Positions 37,400-51,690 of a stretch of 64,000 nucleotides of DNA are shown piece after piece (the first letter of the stretch is position 1; each line of letters opens with the position of its first letter). The position numbers were made by a program, and so were the translations under genes. The notes under the pieces were generated by a model. The model was not told where the DNA came from. It ran no database searches and saw only the letters and a program-made list of their open reading frames with translations. Source of the DNA: Octopus sinensis. Lineage: Eukaryota. Where the stretch lies: NCBI RefSeq assembly GCF_006345805.1, contig NC_042997.1, forward strand, positions 36,952,001 to 37,016,000, written 5' to 3'.

Positions 37400-38480
37400 G
37401 AGTATTTAGTCGTTTATTTCCTGGCGGTCGAAAATCTCGGGAGGTAGGTTTTTGTGTCTCTATACCAACCGACACAATTTTCTGGAAAAGTAACGTTGAT
37501 GTTACGCCTTGTGACATATTGTATGGCATGTGCTAACCTTTCGTCCATGTTCGTGCCAGCTTCTTCTGTAGCTGCCTGGTCCCCAAACCTTTCTTGTAAA
37601 TCGAGTGAGGTCCCGCTTGACAGCTGCGTCAAAGGCAAAATGCGCCATTTCCGTACAATTAAGAAACACTCAGTAGGGAGGCATGTGTTTCAGACTGATC
37701 CGCGGGCCGGCGTTTGCCGAGAGGTCAGCACGAACGTGTAGCCGCGTGTAGATCAAGTAGACGGATTCATCCGCTGGGAACATGTCGGGATATGCTCGAA
37801 CTTTGTCTGCCAAGAACCCCTCGAAAAAGTGTCATGTAATGGTATCGTTCGAAATGGAGTGGTGAACTAGGCCAATATCACCCGACACCGACGTTGCTGC
37901 TTTTCCCACGCTGACGGTTGAAAAATCGGCGAACAGGAACTCCTTGAGGGCATCGTCCAAATGACCGCCTTGTCCAGATGTTTTACCTACATTATTCAAT
38001 GAATACGCAATGGCTGACGACCCCCTCTTCCATGAAAGAATGCACGTACTCATAAGGCTTTTTCAGATGTCTTGGGGCAATTCTTGCATCTGGGACGTTT
38101 TTGGCCTACTTCATAGTTATCAACATCCCATCTACAGCCCGTGTGATCTGAAACACGGAAACAGGTGGCTTTTCCAAGCAATGCTGCCTCGATGTCCCTC
38201 TTCATCTGTTGAAGGATTGTGAGTAGGTTGGCATCAATAATCACCTGGAACCTGGCTCACATTCCCTCGTCAGCCTTAACGTGCTGGACACCTCTTTGGG
38301 CAACTTGCAGACCGTAGGTAGGTCGCTACTACGGATCGAACAGTACTCCTTTTAATACCAAGTGTGTCTGCAAGGTACACGTAATCGGTTTGATGCCCCC
38401 CGAGGGCGTCAACCAGCCTTGTCCTTTTTTCGTCCAATATACGCATGTACCATACGCGTGGCACCATGGTTAAAAGTTGG
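37400..38480 (-). mobile_element. Decayed IS630/Tc1/mariner (DDE_3-type) transposase
   Basis: LADTLGIKRSTVRSVV (HTH-like), CVFIE*CR*NIWTRRSFGR (FIDE box), MPPY*VFLNCTEMAH (LPPYSPxLNPIE box); TIRs not identified. Confidence 0.75.
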
Positions 38481-39009
38481 TTTACCAGAAAGGGATATAG
38501 AATGCAACTGTTACCGACCGGTTACGAAGGTTGCAACGAAAAAGTCGTCCGTGGGAAGAAAAGTGACATAAATTATTTCTTGCTTAATATAAATAAAATC
38601 TGCATGACATAATATTTGCATGAGAAAGCATGTCATTTAAATTCGTCCTTTTTAACACCCACTTCTTCGTATGTGAATAAAAGCACAGACGTACAATTAG
38701 TGCTAAACTGAATGACCTTATTCCGAATTATTTTATTATTCTAGTTTATTTTTAACCTAATGAGTGGCTATATTTATATCGAAGTGATTTTACTACAACT
38801 ATTATTTTTTTTACTATAATCATTTGTTAAATATAGCCAGGAAGCACGTGTCGTTATTCTACCAAATATATACGTTTTTATTATTATTTTGCAATTTAAT
38901 TAATCATCGGTATATTATTGTTATTTTAATTTTAATATTTCTATTATATGTAATTTTGTAGATGGTGTAATCTAATTGTTCATTTTGAATTGATAAAAGG
39001 TCTTTATCA

Positions 39010-39044
<35 letters not shown>

Positions 39045-39045
39045 T

Positions 39046-39096
<51 letters not shown>

Positions 39097-39289
39097 CACA
39101 CACACACATATTTATATGTGTGTGTGTGCATGCGAGTGTATGTGCTTTGACGTGTTTCTAGGCAAATAGTTTTGTGCCCGACTCCCACTCTAATACATAC
39201 ACAAACGACTAACTTTATTGTAAAGCGTTTTCTCATCCACTTTTATACTTTGTATGTTATACATATTTAATTGTACGTATTTAGTTTTC

Positions 39290-39700
39290 TATGTTTCATT
39301 ATTTTCCTTCTGAAAATCTTTTCTTTTTTACACTTTTCTGTCTCATGAGTACATTCATTTATTATTTTCTCAAGAAGCAATTATATCTCTTATTTTGACG
39401 ATGCTCCAATATCTTATTGAGAGTTGTTTCCTTCAGGTAGGGACTTTGAAGATGAGGAAGGGATATTCTCTGTTTGTATTCTGGTTATCTTGTTTTATTG
39501 ACTTGTGATTAAATTTGTTCGTTGTGCTTCATTTGAATTTGGTCTTACTTATGTTCTTATGTAGGTACTTCTTGTGTTCTGTCTTCTGTTAAGAAGCTCA
39601 TTGTCACAGATAGTGGTTTTGTGTGGAGGTGGTTTAGCTTGATAATTTGTTGCATTTATATCGGATAAGTGATATATTATATATGCCTATATTCTATATT
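39290..39700 (-). repeat. Unclassified interspersed repeat, possibly a PLE 3' part
   Basis: A-rich decayed coding-like sequence on the minus strand ending in a UTR-like tract; family assignment is inference only. Confidence 0.3.
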
Positions 39701-41916
39701 ATATATAGATGTATCAAGCCCGTGTATGTTTGAATATGCACATTTACGAGTATTAACCTGATTATATAGTACATTATATATTTAGATCCAATTTCACAAT
39801 GAGTATTGGGAATTCAGTTGTGTAAGATAAAGCGACATGAAACCAAGGTGTATTCTGTGTCTACAATGCGTGTGCTTTGCGTGTGGTTATTGGCAATTCT
39901 ATATGTGTGAACATGCACAGGAATTTGTTGTATTTTTCTAAGCCATGGCCTACTAAATCAAGTAAATTGTTATATATTATAAGTGAGAAATATTGTTGAC
40001 ACATTTACGATCATTAGGATAACCAATCAAATATGACTAATCTATGACGATTACATTACTAAAATTAATAATAATACCATGTCACGGAGACAATAAAGGA
40101 TTTGTAGCGTTGAGGGTCATGTAAGCAATAGTGCTGATCTAGACTTCAAAGTGGTAAGGGTTGCATAACATTAACAGTACTTACACTGGTGTCAGGTCCT
40201 TCACAATCAACTAACCTAGTGGAAACTATGAGGTATTACGAGAAAAAGTTATTCTTCATCTTCTTGTCTACTGTGGCTGATGTCTTGCCAATGCCCAAGT
40301 ACCTTTAAATCCGAGGCAATGACGAGAACCAATCTGGCATGTACTGTTGAATCACACGTCACCTCATTAATCATGACCATATGCTCCAATTCGCTGGGAC
40401 AATATCAATACAAGTGCAAGCACGCGAAGATCTTTTCTTAAATCCAGAAGGATTTCAACTACAGAAAAGTGAAACCAATAAACAGTGTGAAACAGCTGCC
40501 AAACTTTTGAATACCCAATCAGAAAGGGATAAGGCAACAATATCCGTGAGGTAACTGCTTTCTATTTTGCAACAAACAAATTATAGAAACATCAACTTGG
40601 CATGAAAGGAAGTTTCCACTATTCAAAGACATTGACAGAATTATCGCTCCGATTAGATGTGCTTTTCCTGTGGCGATAAACAAAAAATCTCATCTCGATA
40701 AGCGAAAGTATACTTTGCTTTGCGGAGAATGACTTGGATTTTCTAACAGAGGATTGTCTAATCTCTGGAGTTGATTTATATTGCTTATGCTAAGCAATGA
40801 CAAACAACCTAATTCCAGAATGAAGTAGACTGCCGTGGTTTACCAATGAAGGTCAAAGTGATGGTTAAGGCAGGACAGTTTAGGAACCAAAGTATTAGGG
40901 ATGGCTTTCCGGCACCTGAGGCCAGATGAAGCAGATTGAAACATCTTGTGGACAAATTTCATGTTGGTCACCATTATACCACTAAAGTTTACGGTCCTTT
41001 TAAAGAACCAAAACGCATTAGACTTACTAAATACTTATGTTAAAGTTATGGATTGGTTCTGAACAATGGGAAACATGGGTATCATTTACTCATCATCACA
41101 CTTAAGATCTTGGATCATAACCAAATATTTGCTAAAATTCCTGCTTGGAAGAAAGCGTTATATATACATACGTACCCCACCCACACACACTCAAACACAC
41201 ATACACACACATATATATATACAGATGTAAGAACTAACTGTGGACAAGGCTGCGTGGCGTTCAATTATAAATAAATTTTAAAATACACATTACGTACATG
41301 ACATCACCAACAAATGAAAAATATGTTCACAGTAAATTGATAGATTTATATTCAATTTCTGCGACTCCGGACGCGGTTTTCTTTCTTTCTCTGTATCCCT
41401 CTATAATTCTTTATATTTTCCTTTTCTCCCGCTACCTCTGTATCTATCTTCCACTCCCTACCATCTTTCGTTCTTTCTCCCTTCTCTTCAGACCTTTGTT
41501 TCTTTCCGTCGTCCCCTTTCGGTACCCCTTTCTTTCCTTCCTCCTCTCTCTTGTCACCCTTCAGCTCTGCCTGTTGATCACACGTGATTACAGCCTTTTT
41601 TCTCAACTCTGTTCTTTATGGATGCGACGTCTAACTAGCTGGATGTCATTTCCCTCTGCTTTCACCTCTCTACAATTCTTCTTGACCTAACAGCCCTTAA
41701 TGTTTGACTTCATCAGTTATTTACTCTGTGCGTCCATTTTGTTGTTTGTTCGTTGGAAGTCGTAACTCTCCCAGAATTTTATATTTTAAAAATTTCTGGA
41801 TGCTACTCTCTTATGAAGTATTCCTATTTTGTCATTAAAATCACGAAATAGGTAGTAATAAACAGTCAACAACTGATGATCCAGTTATCTTCAGCCGGCA
41901 TTTTGCCCTGTACGTG

Positions 41917-41980
<64 letters not shown>

Positions 41981-41982
41981 TA

Positions 41983-42022
<40 letters not shown>

Positions 42023-42737
42023 ATATGCTATAATTATAAATATAATTATAATCAGGTGTCAGCTAATTATTTCGCCAGGCACCGAATTTAGGTGTAGCAT
42101 TTAAAATACGAATTCTGCTGCAATAATTATCGCCCAGACAGTAACACACATTTATTACGTAGGCAAAGAGAAAAAATAACGAATCCACACGAAACAGAGT
42201 AGCTACATACGCGTTTCGGCATTAAAGTAAAGTTATAATTATTACTTACTTATTTCCCATCTTCAGTACAGCATGTCAAATATAAATTTGAGAGTGATAG
42301 AATTAAGTATGCGCGCGATCAAGCGTCATCGCATAACTAAGCAGTTATACATAACTATGATTATGTATGTTTAGAATTAAATACATAGACATATGGATGT
42401 AGATGTGCTGAGGCCTAATTGCTTCATTTTCCAGGTCCGAATCTGTGTTGCCGAACGAAAAGTAGGTATTATGTAATTATATAATATGTCTCATTAACTA
42501 AAAAGTTACTTTGTTTAGTTATTCATTATGCGGCATATCGCCTCCTAATTTCTTTTACCAGCATGTTTGAGACGCACTCTTATTCCAGTTCTTATCAAAG
42601 CAAAAATAGATACTACCTTGATAATACTAGTTAGATCTATATTTTTGTGAGTATACACACTATATATGCTTTTGTATATATGCAAATATTTATGTACGTC
42701 TAACAATCTAGCTATCTCATTCTCTCTCTCTCTCTCT

Positions 42738-42806
<69 letters not shown>

Positions 42807-43291
42807 ATGTATATATATATACACATATAAACATTGAAGCGTCGAACATGTATCCACTGCTATTTCCAGTAAATATTGTTGCTTTGTTGTACCACTACTC
42901 CATACTTATATTCCTACATTTACGGTGCTTTATTTTACTGGAAAGTAATACATTTGTATTGCAATATTTTATTTTTCATTGAAAGTTTTTCACTGTTCTC
43001 TTTCTGTTAACGGGTAAGCGTTCAGGCGAGTATACTGACATTGATGTAGCAGCATTTCAAACATTGTCCATGTAAATCCAACTGATGAATACCAATCAAA
43101 TTTACGATTACTAACGTATATGAAGAGTCCGAAACCTAGGTACTGGATTATCTGATTCTGGATTATCCATTTATATAATATTCTTCCTAGAGCTAAGATA
43201 AATTCTTTAATGCTTGCTGTCCTCACACGTCTTTGGCAGTATATACACATTGAAACTTTACTATAAACATTGGTGTTTTGTTGTACCACTA

Positions 43292-43369
<78 letters not shown>

Positions 43370-43370
43370 C

Positions 43371-43655
43371 GCGCAATGGCCCAGTGGTTAGGGCAGGGGA
43401 CTCGCAGTCGTAGGATTGCAGTTTTTATTGAGGATGTGTGTGTTTATTGGGCGAAAACACCGAAAGCTCTAAGAGGCTCCGGCAGGGGTAGGTGGTGATC
43501 CCTGCTGTACTCTTTCACCACAACTTTCTCCCGCACTTTGTTCTGTTGGCCTGCTCGCTTCAATGGCGTCATTGAAGACTGAAACAATGCGAAGCGCATT
43601 GTGACCAGTGATGCGTAGCAACTTCTGATGGTCTGGCGGGTCACGTGAACACGTG
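43371..43655 (+). mobile_element. tRNA-derived SINE with the 29892-type head and an alternative tail
   Basis: GCGCAATGGCCCAGTGGTTAGGGCAG head and ccctgctgtactctttcaccacaactttct body shared with 29892; tail matches 8082-8198 instead. Confidence 0.85.
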
Positions 43656-43669
43656 CTCTCTCTCTCTCC

Positions 43670-43700
<31 letters not shown>

Positions 43701-44618
43701 CATCTGTACTTGTATTTACGAACTTCCTTCTCAAAATCTCGTACATATAAAATTCTTCTACTACATGCACAACGATCTATACCATCTTACGTGGCACACA
43801 TGATTTTATGGACCAATTTTACTTCTGTCGAGAAAACCAGTTTACGTCTCTTGGGGATCAAAGAATATTTGCAGCAATGCTGCAATTTTCTGAGCTGGAG
43901 TTACAGCTTTCGCATTATTTGCGTCGTGAGGACTTAATATTGGAATATGCGCCACAGACATAAAATTTATATCTATATAAATCATTTAGTAGACTAACAT
44001 TGATTATGCTAAATTTTATGTTTCTTGCAAACAAGTTAATTTGAAGTTGCTTTCAAACGAATCAAATCAGAGTGGAATCTCTACTCTTGAAATATAAATA
44101 CTTTATATTTTCTTTTTCTTTTTTTCTTTTAGTGTGGTATGAAATGTATATTGCACTCTCATTATATACACAGTATTAGTCATATTATGCACAGGGGATT
44201 TGGTATCAGGAAGTGATGTGCAAGTTAGCAATATCAACTTATCGTAAATTATTGTATGGTGTAAATCCACTATACTTGTAAAAGGGCTTAAGGTATATAA
44301 TTCCATTATAAAAAAATCAGATTGTCTGAGATATAAAACGGTATAAACTATTCTGTATTGGAATAACACTATTTGAACACCTATCGTCTGTAGTAATCAA
44401 TAATTAATTCTAAGAACAAATTAATGTTGATTCTAGAAAATCCGTACACGTTGGGGACTGGGAAATCAACAAAACATACGAGATCTAACCCGTTTATAGG
44501 ACTCGTGAAATATCTTGAAGCATAGACATCTGCATTAAATTAGTATATTACAATTACAATCAACTGGGACAAGCTGGAATCTTCGAAAATAAATTATGAA
44601 GTACTTGTAATATATATA

Positions 44619-44849
44619 TTTCTTTACTACCCACAAGGGGCTAAACACAGAGGGGACAAACAAGGACAGACAAATGGATTAAGTCGATTATATCGACCCC
44701 AGTGAGTAACTGGTACTTAATTTATCGACCCCGAAAGGATGAAAGGCAAAGTCGACCTCGGCGGAATTTGAACTCAGAACGTAACGGCAGACGAAATATG
44801 GCTACGCATTTCGCCCGGTGTGCTAACGTTTCTGCCAGTTCTCCACCTT
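44619..44849 (-). mobile_element. tRNA-derived SINE, third family
   Basis: Minus strand TGGCAGAAACGTTAGC (A box-like), GAGTTCAAATTCC (B box), then GCCTTTCATCCTTTCGGGGTCGATAAATTAAGTACCAG, which resembles conserved metazoan SINE central domains. Confidence 0.85.
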
Positions 44850-45659
44850 GTAATACTTGTAATATATATGCTTCAGTGAATGCGGTGGAGATGTTAATAG
44901 AGATTAACATGTATAATACAGATTAACATTAATACAGATTAACATGTTTAACAATGATGACAATAACATAAAGATTGCCTTTTTCGTTGCACCAATTCGT
45001 AATTAAAACACCTGAGATGGCGATTCAGTGAGAAACCAACAAAGTACTATGTAATATATATGTGGACCTGATGAAGCTCGGTGCACTCAAAACATCATGT
45101 TTTCAGATACCATTCTCTTCATTGGCATTATATAGCATCTTTTTGTTTAGATTGTTGTCGTTTCGAGATTTTACAAAAAAAATAAATAAAAAGAAAAGAC
45201 ATCATATAATGGAATTATAAGATGCGCTTTTAAAACACCTGTCTGAGAAATTAATTATAAAACTGAATAATTTCTTGTACCAAAATATTTTAGCTTTGTA
45301 AACTACTAATTAATCGATACTTGGTATTGTTAATTCATTTTCATCCTGATTTCCTGAGTTGATAGTATACATACACGCAAGACCGCATTCGTTTTAGCAT
45401 TTTATTACATTCGTTTAAGTCTTCGTGTATTATTCCATCTGAAGTTCATTCTCCTCTCTAGATAAGTTCATTCATTCCTTTTATGACACTAACATAATTA
45501 TGCACCTAGATATGCTTTATCCCCGTGATAATATCAACGGCGCTTATGAAAGTTCTATATCTCTTTTCAGTTTTCATTAAAAACGTAATTTTTTATAATA
45601 GGAGGTGTGATCAATGATTATCCAGACTGTTGCCATAGTAACAATGCTAAAGCAATGAG

Positions 45660-46015
45660 AGTAAGGCCGCTAGGAGAAGATTGCCCTTAAACACTGCTGT
45701 GTACGTGCATTAAGTTATAATGTTCTAGCCCACTTACGCTGTTTACAGTAGTGATTGGAAGGAAGGTGTGTAGCGGGTGATGGTCGCATTGACCATGACG
45801 GAGAAAGTTGTCAGGGCATTACCTACTCAGACGCCTAAGTAAAGTTGCAGAATGTTTATGGGGAAGAGTGTATGAGCCGCACACAAGTGCACAAGTAGTT
45901 CAGACTTTTACATGATGACGGGAAAAATGTCGATGTTAACAAACGTTCTGGGAGACCCGCAACCAGTAGGACTGAGAAAAATCATCACAGATGTGCATGC
46001 AGCTGTGAGGGCATC
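45660..46015 (+). mobile_element. Mariner 5' fragment
   Basis: Decayed N-terminus: KLQNVYGEECMSRTQVHK*F..DD..NVDVNKRSGRPATSRTE. Confidence 0.7.
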
Positions 46016-47568
46016 GTCGACGTTTTTGCAACATTTAATAAAGATTCTCTCAACTCAACTTTCTCTGTCATGGTCAATGCGACGATCACACGCTATATAC
46101 CTTCCTTCCTTACACTGCTGTAAACAGGGGAAGTAAGCTAGAACTTTAAAACTTTGTGGGCAGGCACGGCAGTTTAGGCATATCACTCTTTAGGCATGTC
46201 ATTCTTGAGATTCTTGTAAAGTACTTTGAATAAAGATATATTTTTACTTGACAGTTGTGCATTTCCATACGAAACATGAATAATTTCTCTCACAAAATTA
46301 ATTTAGTCTGATATAATGTTTAAATATAATCCTTTTATAGGAAACTAGATGTACATGTTTCTGACAGAATTAGTATTGAAGTACATCGATATAAGTTTAC
46401 ATAAAGTGAAAATTCCAGAGTGTAGAACAAGCGCATTCACCAGATTGTATTGATACATATAGCATAGTTATAACTGAAGGTAAAGTTTGCATTTTGATTC
46501 CTCAAATGCATTTTCACAGCGAAAGTGTCTTTCTATACCAATCGAAAAGCGTTAAAGTTGTGTCGTAAAGAGCAGCATTTGACACCTAAGAATTATTATA
46601 GAAAAATTCCACTGCCACGTGTGTTTAATTTAGATTAATCAAATTTCAGCCGTAATAATGAAATAAATAACTTTTTGAACATTATCATGAAATGATTCGC
46701 CAAGTCACAAATTTTCAAGAAAATTATAAATTGTTAAAACTGGTTAAAGGGTATATCAAGATATTATTTGATGCTGATATAATTTGTAAATTAGATGAAT
46801 GTGTGTTAGATTGGTTATCTTGTAAATACATTCTAGTATTCAGTCGATAAACATCTGTATTTTAAGATATTAAAATAAATATCAGATCAATTACAACTGT
46901 TAAACGAATTTTAGTGAAGAGCGATTAATGACGAAGATAATAATGCTATAGTGGGCTGCAGAATTAAAGCGAAAGGTGTTATGAACAAAATAACTTTACA
47001 TGCGTTGTCAACATATTTTCTTGATAACCATGAAATGCAAAAGCTATGAGGAATTCTGATTCTTGGCAAAGGCGGAGCTTAATTATATGATATTAAGTAT
47101 CTATAAATGTAGTGTAAGATGACGTCTCTGTATAAAAGCTACTTAAATAATGTTTACTGAAAACGTAAAATGATGGTTTAGCTTCCCGTTTACACGAGAA
47201 ATTTCAGATGCTATTTACAGCAATACAAATTGTTTCCCGTGAGAGAAATTATAATATTCACACTCCATGTACAAGAAAATGTTATCACATCAACGGTAAA
47301 TGTAAATGGAACCTATATGCACCACTGCAATGGGCTTTACTAAACAGAATTGTACACACAAACACAAACACACACAAGTGAACGCATAAACAAATACATA
47401 TATCCATACATGCGTACATACATACATGGAGCCTTGTGTCTTTGTTGGAAACCGAGTCCCTCCTCAGTGGGAGAATTATAATTAGAAATATGAGACATAC
47501 ATTCATACATAAATACATACACGAATATATATATATATATTATATATATATATATAAATATATGTATA

Positions 47569-47612
<44 letters not shown>

Positions 47613-47650
47613 TATGTATATGTATGTATATATGTATACATATATATCTA

Positions 47651-47724
<74 letters not shown>

Positions 47725-48446
47725 AAATATCTAAGATAAATAATGCAGAAATAGATTGTAGTTTATATCATTATATCATCAGGAAGGAATGATAATATCG
47801 TGCCATCATTTTTCTAGACACAACAATGGGACCAGGTAATGTGTTTGAGACTGTATCTTAAGCCAAAGAGGTGTACATATTAGGCTCTCATATTTGATAC
47901 TTAATGCATAACATATAAAGTTATGAACGAACGCATATGACTGTAACGTCTATGACACAGCAAATCATTTATTCTAACATTAAGTACGAATCTATGTAGG
48001 GAATTATTTAATTCAATACAGTACCATTCTCTGCCAGATCATAACTGTGATAGGATATAAATCGAAAAACGGTTTAGGTTAATCATTCTGCAAGGTAAAA
48101 TTTCAGTTGCTATATCAGAGAGTGTAAATGCTGTAAAGCTGAATCATGGTTTTGCAAACCTGGTTATTATTAACCATTAAACTTCAAACTAACGAGTTGA
48201 ACCTAAAATATATATTGGCACCTATAAATTGAAATGCCAAAATAGATTTTATAGATACAACGATTCCTTTATTAGCTGTGATAAAATTGTGCTATCATCC
48301 TTCGAAATTTATACGTTTATTATGCGAGGTATGACATCTCGGATTCGAAATTACCAGTTCAAATGTACTTAAGATAAGAGTATAGAGGTGAATGTAAACA
48401 AAAATGAAACAAATATAAGGGTGGGGTCATTTATTTCATATTAATA

Positions 48447-48975
48447 GAGGGTTATACAAAATGAATGAACCAAATTCATTTAGCAGTATTTTAATAAGGA
48501 CAAGCAATTGAAATCTCCAGCTAAGTGACACATATTTACTCACAATGAACTTTTTATATCCTGTCTTAGACGTATTCAATATGGCCCCCACTGCAGCACG
48601 GGTAACGCCAATGCGATTTCAGAATTCCTCCCAGACGCGTATCAGCATATCACGATCTACTGAGTACATTTTATCGAAGGTTTTCAATTTCACGTCTATG
48701 TGAATACCTTCAGGAATCGCCTTAAGTAAAGAAAATTTATTCTTTTGTTCAATAATGAAATTGCTTTTGATTTGCTGATACGCGTCTGGGAGGAATTATC
48801 TTGTCGCATTGATGTTGCCCATGCTGCAGTTGGTGGCCATATTGAACACTTGTAGGACAAGAAATAAAAGTTGATTGTGGGTAAGTACTTATGACTTAGC
48901 CGGAGTTTTCAATTGCTTTTCCATATTAAAATAGTGCGTAATGAAATCCGTACATTATATTTGAATAATCGTGGG
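48447..48975. mobile_element. Foldback MITE built from two inverted Tc1/mariner 3' ends
   Basis: Arms 48447-48647 and 48773-48975 are inverted copies; the right arm encodes LIRVWEELSCRIDVAHAAVGGHIEHL*; terminus TA-GAGGGTTATACAAAATG resembles Tc1/mariner TIRs. Confidence 0.8.
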
Positions 48976-50544
48976 CAATCTTGTTCAGGATGGAAAATAG
49001 TTAGCTTCGGGAGTTTTACAAGAAATTCGTGTTTAAATGTTCCTTAAACGACAGAACTGCGTAGGAAAAATTCCTGTGCAATCCCACGAGAGCTAGAAAT
49101 GAAATGAAGGCGATGCCCTTGAAATAGACGTGTTTTGTACGTACTGCTAGCAGTACTTTAAGAGGGTATTAAGATACGGCTTTCCTTCTCCCTGTGATAT
49201 TTCAATGTTTTTTTGAGATAGGATCGTTTGTTATGCTTTAGTAGTCTGTTTAAACGGTCTGAGGTTTTTTTGCTTTCATTATGTTGTTGCCATTGCGACA
49301 TGACTGGTAACGTTTCCTGTCACTAAAATTTGTGTCTCAATAACCTTGATGATGTAAATATGAATGCATATTCTCAGTATCTATATTCCATAAGAGTATA
49401 TATTCTAGTTAGAGATTTTACGATATCTTATAGTTTACGAGATCTTATAATTTATAGAAGCGAATAAAGTGTTTTCATATTCTACACGAGATATTAAATA
49501 TCATGCAACCTCCTGAGAAATTTTGAAATGCTTTAGCGAAATTATGGTTCTCTAGGCATTATAGAATCTCCGTAGCATCCTATGGTGCTTATATGTGAGG
49601 CAAATTAAATAGAATGAAGGAAATGTAAATATACTTTGAGAAAATACATTCCCGTATGAAGTAATATAATCTATAGTAAGAGTGTCATTTAAATATTAAG
49701 GTTTCTTCATTGTAATATTAAATAATTTGAACATGTGTCAACTATTCATTATCTCTCAATTTCTAGTTCAAGTTAGGTATTTCATCGATAATAAGACACT
49801 TCTAATGATGTAATATATACTTGCTAATTCTATACATAAAATATCTATAATTATGCTAGAAAATGGGGTAGAAATTCACTAGGCTGATTTTAAATAATAA
49901 TTTCACGCTTCTAATATATTATATTAATAATATAAATACATCATGCTTAATTATGTATTTGAAATGACTTAGAAGAATTTGATTGAGAAATAATGGCTGT
50001 AGATTGATATAATTGCAATTATGTAATTGTGAAATTATCTTCACTGAAATATGACCATTTTCGTATGCAGGCAATTAGTCTCTTTATATCTTAGTAATAT
50101 CTTGTGCAAATTCTCAAAGATTTGCTAGTTATAGTTACCTACATAGTATGAAATTATGTTGACAAACTAATGCAATGCGGTATCAATTGCTCCTTTCTCC
50201 ATATCAATCACATGATCTCTATCATAATCAGCGGTCTACGGACGAAAATTTATGATCATTCAATTAAGCATGCTATATAGAATATTTATGGCAGCAAAAC
50301 ATCTAATTAAGTATTCAAACCACTAATGCTACAAACGTTTGCTTAGCTGATTACTTCTAAGTTTCATGTCTTTCGAGCTGAATTAGTTTAATAGTACAAC
50401 ATTGACTTACATACATTTGGGTATTTAATGGTGTTCAACCCTATAAGATGCTCAAAGGAATCAGGACTTCATGTTGCTCTTATTCCTCAGTGGATGACGT
50501 AAGAACTAGAAACAGATTTGAAATCAGTAGTACATGAATATTCT

Positions 50545-50680
<136 letters not shown>

Positions 50681-51534
50681 TTATAGACATTTAACAATTT
50701 TTAAACTTTATAAACTTTCGAAATTTGGAAATTTGGAAATACGGAGAAAAGAAAAAAATCTGGATTTTCTCAAATGAGGATTTCGAAAGACCTCTCAACT
50801 CCTCACAGTTCAAATATTGTTTATTAAAAAATAATTACAATTTTTTAAAGTATTTTAAAATATATTTTTTCTCGTTTTTTGGTGGGGGTTTCTTCATTCT
50901 TCATTTTTGAGTTTCCCAATTTTCTATTTTGTCAGTTCTCCTCCTTTGTTCTACTCTACCATCTTTCATACTTACCCTTTGGTTTCCCCATAGATAAACC
51001 GCTACACCCCTCCTAAAAGAATCTCATTCTCCTTCTACCTGTTTATTCTTTCCTCCTAGCTCAACTTTACTTCTCTTAGCATAGGACCCCTCTCACATTC
51101 CTTACTATGGCGTCACCCTATTACATCCCTCTGTATTAGAACACGACGATGTTGCCTGAGATACATCAATCTGCAAGATCTTGGAGTTAATTCCAATGGA
51201 GCCGAAAAATAAATTAATTCATTTAAGTTTTCGTATATTATGTAAGTCTTGCTCCTGCCCTTAACCATTGTAGATCTAGCTGAGCAAGATAAAGTGAATG
51301 CAGGTTCATTCTTCATCGACACAACCACTCATCCCACCAAAATATTTTAAATGTTTGAAAAACTGACGTGTGTACAAGAGGGACACGGCATGAAGCACCA
51401 AGAAGGTCTGACTACTGCTCCTGCCCGTAATGCAGCTACTACTAATGATAATACTGATGATGTTGCCTGGAATACAGCTGGTGCGCTACATGCTGCTGTT
51501 GCAGCTGCTCTTAATACTACTACTGATACAACAA

Positions 51535-51586
51535 CAACTACTACTACTACTACTGCTACTACCACCATCACCACAACCGCCACTAT

Positions 51587-51618
<32 letters not shown>

Positions 51619-51623
51619 TAATA

Positions 51624-51666
<43 letters not shown>

Positions 51667-51690
51667 CATGATAATAATAATAATGATAAT
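51535..51690. repeat. (ACT)n/(AAT)n microsatellite
   Basis: Direct inspection. Confidence 0.95.

Noticed and set aside
39420-39465. CTTCA..TGAAG-GAAAC hairpin on the minus strand, and CTGATGA at 45068
   Set aside because: One core box is absent or degenerate in each, and no stem I or III can be drawn.
40080-41110. Moderately GC-rich, coding-like stretch (a lone RYLG on the minus strand)
   Set aside because: Probably an old LINE remnant, but no consistent motif series could be recovered.
51351-51629. 92-aa Thr/Ala-rich ORF
   Set aside because: Its second half is (ACT)n repeat and there is no homology or splice context.
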